Below are positions 25,401-37,400 of a stretch of DNA of 64,000 nt, piece after piece; the first letter of the stretch is position 1; every line of letters starts with the position of its first letter. The notes beneath the pieces are model-generated. The model did not search any database, had not been told where the DNA came from, and saw only the letters and a list, made by a program, of their open reading frames with translations. Source of the DNA: Hydrolagus affinis (Eukaryota). The position numbers and the translations under genes are program-made. The stretch lies in the NCBI GenBank assembly GCA_012026655.1, contig JAAILG010001155.1:1-64000 (forward strand). The letters run 5' to 3'.

Positions 25401-28400
25401 CAAACAGGAGATCCAGCAGATCATGAATTTAAGACCAAATCAAATAGTTTTGTCAGATTCAAGGTAGCCTCCACAATCGAAAGTGCAACTTATGATCCAT
25501 CAGCCAATGGTGATTGTTTTGATGAATTTACAAAAACATCTGAATGTCCTTGCCGTGTGAGCAGTGAAGTTTCAGAGACAAAGTCAAAAACCTATAAAAA
25601 TCCCACTAAAGCTATAAGCAATTTGGAAACAGGAAGCAGATCTGAATCAAGTGAAAAAACTTCAAACACAAGAGCGTTGTTGATTGGCAGAATGGATAAG
25701 AAAAATACTAATACTGATGATATGCATGTGAATACTGACATCATATCTCATCCACACTGCAGTGATCATTCTTCTTCAGTACCTTTAGGAGGCATTGAAA
25801 TTAGTAACCAAACTGTACTAAATGATTCTGAAATTTCACAGACAGAACAAGATACCATTACTGGTATCTCTGTATGCAGGGACAACCAGAAGATACAGAG
25901 CTTTAATGCTTCTTTTTCCATGGCCCATGAAATTAGAGAATTGCCGCAAGAAAATGCCATCCCCTCAACCACAGAACATGAAGATGTGGAGCTTCAAAAG
26001 GACGATTCATGCACCTTAGTAATTCCCACCTCGATTTTAGGCTGCATATTGGTCTCTGATGATGATAAACAAGAGAAAGACCCACATGCCAAAGAAGAAT
26101 CGATCTTTAGCACAATGCAGCAAAGAGAATTTTTTGCGAGAATCCAGTACCAAGGAGGGGTTGAACATACAAGTGCAGCACAATGTAATATGTCTGAAGT
26201 ACCTAAAGAGCTGCAGCAACAGAGCTGTGATAATGATCAGAACCGGTTGCTTTCTGCAGGAAGACTAAAAAACTATGGGATTACAGATCAACATCATAAA
26301 AAAATGGAGCAACACAAAACACTTCCTCAGAAAAATGATTCATCAGCTGGTGATTCTGCAACACATAATTTCAGTTTGAGTGAGATTCTGTCTCCAAGTG
26401 ATACAGGTTTTCTTTCATCTAATAATCAGGTGTGTGAATTGGAAGGTGGCAACATTCTGCAGCAGTTAGCTGCAAACACAGTTACTGATAGTGCTGATTG
26501 TTTCAAGGATACTGTTTATCACCAAGTTACAGAAAGTACATTGAATGTAGATGGCATGATAATGCCATACACAGCTGAAAACATCCAAGAGACAGTAATG
26601 TCAGGTGTAATGAACAGTACAGTTCAATGGCAAAGCGAAAATACAGCTTTATCCCAGTCTGTATTTGAACTTGGTATTCAAGAAACCATTGATGAAAACA
26701 TTGATAATTACCAAGGAATCAGTGCCACCTACTGGAAGGACTCCCAGATACCCTCGGAGAGATCAGTTGGTGCACAATCATACCTGGATGTAATTTTGAA
26801 GGAGGTAATAGGCAGAAATATAATGTGGTGTCCAATTGATGGAGAGACTGTTTCTGATGTAAATGATTTTAGCCCAGACATCCCAAAATCAAAATCAAAA
26901 ATTCAACCTAAGTGGGAGAGCTTTGCTGAGGACCAGTCTACAAATCAAGGCATAGATTTATGCTGTAATCAACTGCCACAGAAAACCAGTGAAGAAGGTG
27001 GGGAGCATTCCACCAAGTTAATATCTGAGACTGCAGATGCCACTGGAGTGTTAGATCAAGAGAGAAGCAATATTTTTAAAGATATTCAATCTGCGTTGAA
27101 TTTGGCCAATCAAAATATAAACTGTTTAGGCTCTCTTGTAAATGATGATAGACTCGCTCAGAGCTTCCAAAATGCTGTAAGTATTGGTACTAAATGGGTG
27201 TATCAACAGACAGACCCCACAAATAGGAAATTGCAGAAATTTAATGTATCTGAAGAGCAAGCTAAGAGTTGCAGAAAATTCTCATTGCAAAATTTTCCAC
27301 AGTTCAATGCCAAACCAGAATTGTCCCAGACAAATTCATTTTCCTGTAAGCATATGGGAACTCAAATCAACAGGCAAGTTTCAGACAAAATAGCCTTACT
27401 GAAGCACCAAGACAAGGAGCTCAAAAGTGAACAGAAGTTAGTTCATGAACCACAGCAAATTCAAACCAAGATAGCAAAACATAGTGTACACAATAAGTTA
27501 ATGGAGTTAGAAAGCACTTTGTCCCCAGAGCTACCAAACTATGAAAAGAGCAAAGAACAGGTCAGCTTGCAACAAATGGTTCCAGAAAAAACCCCATCAT
27601 CAAAGAGCATTGTAGGGAAAGGACTTCATATTCCAAAGGAAACGGAACACTCAGTTCTCCAGGTTTCAAATTCCACTTGTGTAAATACATTAACACAAGA
27701 AAACTTCACTGATCTGTACAGTCACAATACGCAAGCTGGCTTGTGTTGCAGAAGAGAAATGGATTACGCAGAGGGTTCAACTGACGGAGACTGTATGGAG
27801 ATAGTTGCTTCAATTCCAGCTGAGAATTTGTTACAGATGAATGTAAAACCAAGAGAAAGAACTATGGTGATAGATGGAGATAAAAAGCATGGAGAAGAAT
27901 CTGCTTTAGCTGCAGGCATCAATAGTATGGATGCTGAAAACAAAAATAATATATATATTTTATTTGGCTCAAATAGAAGTTTCACAGTAAAACAAGACAG
28001 TTGTGGGGAATTTCAGTCACTTTTGAAACTGCATCCAGAGATCTTCAAGGAAGGCTTGGTTTATTGTGAAAATATTCCATTTATAGATCCACATAATGAA
28101 AATCAAGTTAAGGAAAAGTCCACATCAATTAACTTGAAGCTTCAGTCCGTCCCTGAAACGAATGAGGTACAGATGAGAATACAGCAGATTACTGGATCTG
28201 AACGTATGCCTGAAATCCACCAAATAGAAAGCCAAATGGAATTGCCCTGTCCTGATAAAGAAGCCGGTAAGCAATTATTATCATCAATACAAAACACCAG
28301 AAATGAATCGGTCACCTCTATTAACCTACACCACGAAGCCAGACTGCAAACCAGGTATCTGCATGATGCTCCAGAAATAACTGAAGCATATAATGAAAGA

Positions 28401-31400
28401 GTATTTCCCTCCAATGGAAGTGATGATCTGCCAGTTACCCAAATGGATGAACCACAGAACAAAAAACCTGGCGAGTCAGATTCTCAGTCAATTGAGTCCA
28501 ATAAATGTACAGAAATATTGAAGCTCACAAATTCTACTGGTAGTATTTTAGGTCAAGATTCTGTATCCTCTTCAGCAGCCATGAGGATTAAATTTCAAAG
28601 GCTTAATAAACCAAAACCAAAGCCAACTACAGATGAAACTACTGGTTCATCAAGTTCAATTCAAGAAAAAAACCCTGAATTTGCTTCACTTAAGGAAATT
28701 CAACCCAGTCGGCAACCCACATCTGCTTTTCAATACAGAGAGCCACAGATCACTAACTACTCTAAACTAGAAGGTAATGATGAGTTTGGGCCACAGTTAT
28801 TGAGCCCCAGGATGTCAAGGCAAGCTGTTGCCATGTCCTCATGTAGTGTTGATATTATAACAGAAGTTCCAAGTGAGCATACACTTGGTATGATTCTTCC
28901 ACCTGAATATTTAGCTCAATTAAATTTGAATATTGAGCAGCAACCTCCACATGGAGAGGAAGCTACAAACCAAAGAGAACCTCATGGGGAATGGAATACG
29001 GACAATTTAAGATGTGGAGAATCAGAGCCAAGTGTTCAGGCTAAACTTGTGAGAGAGTGTGTCTCAAACAATTCAGATGCTTTATTCTGTGATGGAGTGC
29101 ACCATTTCAGGTCTACTCTGCCCTCTTGGAACAAGACTCAGGAAAATGAGTCAAGCACAAAAGAAAGTGGTGATAGTGACAACGCTTCTGTAAGCACCAA
29201 TCACAATAGTTGTAGCACAAAGCTGGGTGATGATCAATCTCTGATAGAACAGAAATTCCATGAAAAGAAAGAACCAATGCACTTTTCTTTCAGTGATATT
29301 AACCCATATGTCCATCAGTGGCAGTGTGATGAATTGAGTAGAAGCAACGGGAAGCAGTATGCTTTTGGAAGTGCAAGTGATATATCTAATGTTCAGTCAA
29401 ATCACAACACTCATCATAATGCAATGCGATGCTCCAGTGTGGATTATGGATTAAATGTTCAGAATTCTCCCTTTAATTCACACCTAAGTTCCTATGCCAA
29501 TACAAGATCAATATCTGGTACATCAAGTACTGGTGCTGATTACCATGGAGAGGACGGCTCTGCTGAGAGTACTGAAACTGGGTACCCTGACAGCAAAAAT
29601 CTTAATGAAAGTTCCTGCCAAATGTCTTGTAATTTGTCCATAGCTTCTTCATGGATCAAGGAACATGCAGTTTCTTCCACTGGATTAGAGAATGATACAT
29701 TACAGCTCGATGAAATCGTACTACTTTATTCCTCACAGGATGAGTCTGCTGGAAAATCAACTTCAGAAGGAACATTAAAATTTACTTGTGACCAAGAAAC
29801 CCAAACCTTAGGTGGAATTAGACACCGAAAGCTACCAAAGCCCCATAAAAGCTTTACAGAGACTCCTGCACAAATGCCTGTAGAACAGGGTACTTGGGCA
29901 AGTCTCCAGAATCTTTCTATCAATCTCTCACAGCTTCTCCACAACACATCAGAACTGTTGGATAGTATCCATTCAAACCCAGACCAAAACCTTGATCAAT
30001 CCAAAAAACAAAAGACAGATAGCTACACTCAGACAGCAGTGGATGTAGCCATTCAGACAGAAATGTTAGACCATGAAATTGATAATGAGAATCATGAAAA
30101 CCAAGCTACAATGAGAAAGGATAAACAGAGATTGCCAGAAGTTAATATTACTGTAAAGGTAATTGGTTCAGATGTTAATATGTCTCAGGAGAAAACAGGC
30201 ATTACATTAACCCTACAGGAGAGACAGCAGAACATCAGTGCTAAAATGACCAGTATGCCAGATCTTAATGCTCATCACAGCAGTTTTAACTCGTCACTTT
30301 GTTCTCCATCCTCTTCTAAAGATGGAAACTCTTTTAGGGCTTCAACACCCTCATTAATTGATTCTCAGAAATTGTCATTAAAATCTTCACCAAAGTACTC
30401 TCTGTTCAGTCCAGCTGTTTCACCAGTTGGATTACCCTCACAGCCACCAATTCATCCTCACAACACAAGTATCAACTGTTTTGGGTCACATTTTTCAAAG
30501 GTGGAAAGCAGCTATCCCTGTTTGTGCCGGGACACAAGCATCGAGAGCTCTGTAAAAGATCCAGCTGTTAATGTAAAACTTCCCATTCTGGTAGATCGAG
30601 CATCATCCCCTATTCAAACATTTGAAGCCAGAGCAGGGAATCATCGGTCCCGTAGTAAATCCTTTATTGGTGTTCAGGATCGAGGTTCTCAAATATTGCT
30701 GTCTTCTGAAGATTGGCAAAGGAAGCAAAGGCCTGCTTCTTGGTATGGTTTTTATAAAGAACAGAAAGAAGTTAATTTGACCCATTTGAAGTCGAATGAT
30801 GTTGAAAATGAGCAAAAAGGAAATGGTACAATGTCATTTGGTTGTTCCAATGAACTAAGTAAATTTACGTTCGATAATTTGTCAAGAGCAGCTAAACTAG
30901 AGAGTGAAGCACAATGTCAGGACAAACCCAACAGCTCATTTGTGAGATCCAAAGCAACAAAGAGCCAAAAAGATTTTCTGAAAATGCCAATGGTGACAAG
31001 TAAGCCAAAATACAAATGGCAGTGCGATGTGGGGAATAGAGAACAAGAAGCTATCCAGCATGGTTATGCACAAATAGAAACAAAATCACAATTGGTGTTT
31101 CAGGAAGTTGAACAGCCTTTTACTGAAAGTATTGATAAAAGGAAACATGTGATCTGTTCTGCCTCTCAAGCCGCTTGTCAAAACACTCCGCGGACGCTGA
31201 GTGAGATTAGTGCTGACTCCACAAGCGAATCGAGAAGGTCCTTTCATAGATCTGCCAGTTTGTGTGGCAGTATGGTGTCTGCACAATTTGGTCAGCTTTC
31301 TGAAAATAATCCATTTGGGACAGAATCCAATGAACAAAAGGATGAATCAGTAGAGAACCTTGCTCAAAATGACTCCATATGGTGTAACTCAGGAGCAAGT

Positions 31401-34400
31401 TGTAGTCCATGCATGGAGATTGAAATGGCAATGAATTCAGCCAATGAAGATGCTCAATCTATAGTTTTGAGTGAGTGCAACACAGAAGTGCTGCTAAATG
31501 AGATCCCCTCCCTTATTTGCTGCAGTAAACTTCAAGTCTCTGGGGAGGCAAACTGCAGAGGCCCAGAAGACTTGCCTTTACACAACAAATTCTGCAATTG
31601 GTCTGGGGTCTTCCACAGTCCACCATCAGTGGGTAGCATTACAACTGTCACCACCAGTTCCTGTGCACAGACAGAGGAAACACAAACCAAAGACTATGTC
31701 GCTCATAGGACAAGCTCCAAATCCGAGCAGCGAGAGGAAAGACTGAAGGAAATTGAGAAGCTGCGTACAGAGCGTGCTCAGATCATGTCGGGGCTACACC
31801 TGAATTTAAACCAGCATCAGCTGTCAGTGGAACTGACAGAAGCAAAATTGAACTATGGATGTGGAGAAACAGATACCTTATTAAAACTACTTCAGAGTGG
31901 CACAGCCGATGACTTAAATACCCCTATAAAGCAGCAGCTCTATGACAGGTAAATGAAAATAATAATAGTAAGCATCATTTAATACCCAGTGGCATAGATT
32001 AGAACACTTAGTAATGCAGAAATCTAGTTAAAAATGTCATTCTCTGTGTGACTTGGCTCAATCCAATTAACCTACATGAGCTCCTACTGAAGTGAACTCC
32101 CACTACAGTTTTCCTGCTTTCATTTTACATGTTTATTTTTCTGCAAAGGTTAATAGATTCACACTTTTTAATGTTTTCATAATCTTGATCGGTACTAGTT
32201 TGTCTTAACACCTACTGCCCCCACAATGAACAAAAAGGCAAATGGCCTTCTCCAAGGCCTCTGTGTATTATCTGTACAGACCAAAAACTGACAATGTGCT
32301 GATTTTTATGTATTCTATATGAAATATTTCTTTCAACAAATAGACACATGAAAAGTATAGAGACCTTCAGAAAGGAGAGAGAAGAGAAGTTGCAGAAGTT
32401 CAGAAGAACTCGCAGCTTGAGTCCACAGAAGCAGTCGATCCTCCGTCACCAAAAGGAATGTTCCCCGCAGGAGTTGCCCAGCAAACGCAGAGACTATCTC
32501 CAGAAGCTACGCAAAGATATTGTGAAGAACACAAGGTAGAGTCTGAGTTACTTTCTAAAAAAAATTATGATTTGATTCTTCAACTAGTGCAGTAAACAAA
32601 GAACTGGCATTTTTATAACATCTCAAAGCACTTCATGGTGATAACTGTAAAGTGTAGTGACTGCTTTTTTAGTTATGTGCAACATTATCCCTCAAACAGC
32701 TATAAGGTGAAAGATCAATTAATCTATAGGATTTTTAGTCAAGATAATGGGAGAAATGTATAAATAGTATTGTGTGATGTTCACTTGGAAGAAGGAGATA
32801 GGAACTTGGTTTAATGTCTCGTTTGAAGCAATGCTGTGACAATGCTGTGCTCCCCTCATTTGATGAAAGTCAGAAATGCATTTTCCCTTGAAAAGGAATC
32901 CAGGTACCTGATGCTTGCAAACATTCATCACCGTGTGAATCCAAAACCAGACAGAGTTCCACATATTGAAATTTCCCTGGATGTAGAATGAAATGTGTCT
33001 GTGGAGTGGAATCTACATTCTCACACTTGGGAGGGGCTCAACCTGTAAATCTAAATTTGGAGAGTGTTAGGCAGAGGGTTGATGAGAGCCAAGGCTTGGG
33101 GACTTAGACTGCAGGGTAACACTGAAGGTTAACCAGCTAAAGCCACATAACTTGCCAATTCAAGCTGTCAAGAAAGCTTCATGGCAGTAAAGTAATAGTA
33201 GCTGATGCAGATAAATAAAAGGCATCCCTGAGGAAGTCTTTTTCAATCCTGCAGGGCTTTGCCTCTTATAAAGAGTGAAGCAGAAACCCCATCAGAGATT
33301 GAGTATCTACTGAGAGATTATCAAAAAGCTCGTGACGAAACTAAAGCTGAAATAGCACGAGCAAGAGACCGGCTGCGTGAAAGGGCTGAAAAGGAAAAGT
33401 GTCGCTTACAAAAACAAATATCCCAATTACTGAAGGTAAGCTTAAGCAGCAGCTCAGTTTTAAGTAATTGCTGAAGAGATTGGTAACTACTATAAATAAT
33501 TGCTTAATTGAAATGTATAACCTTTTTTTAAAAAGAACTATAATGTGCATTGACGTTGCTTACCAAGAATATGATGTACACTTTAAACTGCTAATGGGGT
33601 AGTTATCTTTACATACCATTATGTGCTTTTGATAAATTACACGAAATAACAGCAAAAAGTTTTGAAGTAAATTTTGTATGTACCTATGTATGCATGACTT
33701 CTAACAAGATATCATTTTCTCATTGACTAACTCTGATGACTATTCACAATGCTGAGTTTCGATGCCTGCTGTACTTTTTAACCTTTTGAACAGGATGAAG
33801 AAAGGAGGAAGAATATAGTTAGCAGAAGCAGCTTGTGCACTGGTTCAAATCTTAGTCTCTCCTCCAATCCAACGTCTGGCTATAGCAGCAGTAACACAGT
33901 GTCGCCTGACATCAGTTCCAAAGAACTGGTGAGTCTGCACTCATTTCTATTAGGCTTGTGTCTTTTCCAGGACTTACCTTATGCATCTTATCTGCATCCT
34001 AGGTTGCATTTTTCATTTTTGTAATATGTTGGTGGAGAATCTGAAAAACTGGAATTTGCAAATATTTTGTTCTCGAAATGACCATTTTCAGAATATGGTG
34101 GAATCCAATTCAGCCGGACAAACACAAGCGCAGGGTGAAAATTGTAATTTTGGATAAATACCCTTTTTATGTTATATTGCCTGGACTATCATTCTGTTTA
34201 GATATTCTGCTTAGAACTTTCAATTGTGTTTTAATTAGAAAAAAATGAAATCTGCTGCCTATCAGATGGTCAACAGAGGACGCAAAGCTTCTCGAAATTC
34301 ACAGCTCTATTCGTCAGAATCTCTGTCATCTATTAATACTGAAGCTTTTCTTGGTGAGTACTATTGGTTTGAGGATATGTACAGATCAGTGGGTTAATTG

Positions 34401-37400
34401 TATGCAATGAGTTTGAGTAGACATTGTTGGGTGTCTCAGCTCTGCCTTGTGGGTTTGGATGAAAGGAAACACAAACCTTGCAATAGAATTTTTATTTATA
34501 TTACGCTTTTCATATCTGGAGGACATCTCAAAGTGCTTTACACAGCTGTCTGATCACCCAAGTTGGGGGGTGGTGGGGCAGGGGGAGAGAGCATTATCAA
34601 AAACATGATCAGAGTTAAAGCTTTGAAACTGAGGCTAGAGGGGACGACTCCAGAAAGTGGGGGCAACATAACTGAAAGCTTACTGGCTAATGTTGGGGCT
34701 GATAGGGCAGGGTTTATGCAGCAGTCTGATGTTTACTGATAAAAGGGAGGGCCTGGATAGATAGAATTGCAGTTAGGCAAGTCGAGGCCTTGAAGGATTT
34801 GAATGTGAGGCTTGCAAATCTTGAATTCAGTGTTCTGGGGAATTGGCACACGCTGCAGAGTTCTGTATAGTGTAGGGAGGAGCTGGGGAATCTGGCATGT
34901 GGGGCATTGGATGAGGATCTTGACATTGAAATGTCAGTTGAACCCAGAGGGGCCACAACACACAATATTATGCAATTGTTGTAGGAAATAGACATAGAAA
35001 GACCAATGAGAAAATATGGACAAGCAAGAGGATGAGCAATGTTCTGATTTTTGTAACTGATGTAATTTATCTACCAATTTCAGGGACAACGAAGGATCAC
35101 AATGTTAGCACACAGCCACTTGATGGTAGCAGTCCTACAGGAAGCTTGTGCAGCCTTAAACATTATCAGGACTTAGCAACTCGCACAACCACATCTTTTA
35201 AAGCAGAAGTGAGTTTTCTAATATTCCAACTAGTCACTATATACATTTGTAATACAGTAATCTTTGTATTTGATATAGAACTTTATGGATTTTTGTAATA
35301 TAGGCTTGTAACTATCTACTTGGAAACGAATGTAGCAGCCAATTTGCACACAGCAAACCATGTTCCATGGAGTGAGTGAGCAAATGAGATTCTGGCCAGG
35401 ATACTGAGAAACTCCCTTCTCTTTTTGAATAGTGCTTTTAACTAAACAGGCAGGTGACACAACCTCCAGAATGAAGTACTGTCCAGGCATTTCCTACACA
35501 TGGCAGGTGGGTGCTGTGCACAGGACGTAATGTTCTTGGCAAGCGGACATCCTGAAACAGTTTTTACATTTCACTTGTGTTGGTGATGCGCAGCTCACGA
35601 GGTTCCCTATACCATACAAGGAATCTATTAACAAAATAGTTCACATTTAATCCCCTCCCCTTGCATTGCTATTTTTTTCCACTCCAAAGCAGGAATATTG
35701 AGACCAACAGCCTTCACCCTATCACCGTTATTGATACCTTAGTTCAAAATTGTCTTTTTTGATTTGCGTGGCTCAGCACCAGGCAATGCTATGTTACACC
35801 AACTGACCCTTGGGAAGAGCTAACTGGTCATATGTTTGAAGAGTATTGCCTACAAAATAAACGTGCAATTCAGTTAGTAATTTATAAACTATTTTCAGGT
35901 AATGGTTGCATCGATTAGTGATCTTGGGAACCTTCTGAATGGCAAAGCAGCAGCTGGCTGGAAGTAGGTAATTTTCTGGAATGCAACTCACTCTTTCAAT
36001 CCTTGTTACCTTTGAAAACACATACATTTGTTGAATACAAGATCGAACAATTATGACATCTGCAGGAATTTAAGTTGTTCATTTTGTGCATTAGATACCA
36101 CAGCTCAGAAAAAGGGATCCTGATGTATTACAAGAAGTATGCTTCTGCAACAAAACATGGATTTATGGGAGTTGGCGTGATTGAGAAGCCGCTGCATTGT
36201 GTGTGGTGTATGGTGAAAGACCACAGCAAGAGGCAGCTTTATGACGAAACAATTAAAACTGTGCAAGTACACAGGCAGCTGGGAGGTGGCATTCAGCTTG
36301 GTAAGTGATGCTGTTGATCTGCGGGAGAAAGTACGGGTAGTTTCTGAACAAAATAAATCCTGGAGGTTGCACACATTGAGCAACTGCTTGACGGTTTCTT
36401 TCTTTGAAATGAACTATACCAGACCATGGCTTTGGGGGACTATGGACTATCAGGTTGACCATAAAGTAACGTTAGAACTTGTTCTGTCCATGGTGAACTC
36501 ATGAACTCTATGAACTCATGGGCAGAAATTGTTTCAATTTGCCTGGAAGGCAAGCTCCTAGAGTTTAGGCCGCTCACGATGCAATCGGTTTGTGGTTTCC
36601 CAACCTGATTTGAGGATGTTAGTGTCCCATTGGTTTCTGCTCGGGGTTGGTATCGGACTGTTGGTTTTGGTTTCAATCCCTATTGGGTGGTTCCCAACAT
36701 TGGGCTTGTGTAGAATGAAGTTGGTAGAATTATAAAACCTCAGTTAGACCACTTTTTGGAATCCAAATGTGGTCTCCACAATAAGCAGAATATAGCAGCA
36801 ATCGAAAGAGCACAACATAGATTTATTACAAGGATATGTGGACTGACAGCTTACTGCTATGGGGATAGACTGGATAAATTTTTTGTTGAAGAGGTATTTA
36901 AAACTTTAAAAGGGTTCGATATTAATATTAATAGATTGTTTCCATTGGTAGGAGAGTTCATAACCAAGAGAATCTTAAAAGAATTTTAGGAGGAATTACT
37001 TCAGAGAGTAGTGAGATTATGGAACTCGTTGCACAAAGCGGGGGTTGAATCTTTAGTATAGATGCATTCAGAAGGAAGTTAGACCTTCACAAGAGTGGAA
37101 TGGTATAGTGAGGAATGGGTGGAGGCTAGTGTGGAGGGAGTATAAACACCAGCAAGCACTGGTTGGTTGAATGGCCTGTTTCTGTGCTGTATACTATTTG
37201 TAAATCATTGTAAATTTGGACATTTTCTTTAAAATATTATTCCTCATTAACTCTTTTCATTTTCTGTTTGTGTATATATATATATGTGTGTAATTATATA
37301 TTGTTGCTTTGTTCTAGTTTATTTTGTGAACAACACGTCTGTGTGTTACCTTAATCAGCCAAGAGATTTCTGCTGTATCAGTGTGGAGGCGAAAGAGGTA

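Noticed and set aside
20573-31431. Many 60-127 aa antisense or off-frame ORFs within the giant exon
   Set aside because: These are expected shadows of a long coding exon and show no independent motifs.
20664-31952. The 3762-aa ORF as a standalone single-exon gene
   Set aside because: It begins at GTG and has an in-frame acceptor at 20582 and a donor at 31948 that link it to the kinesin and START exons.
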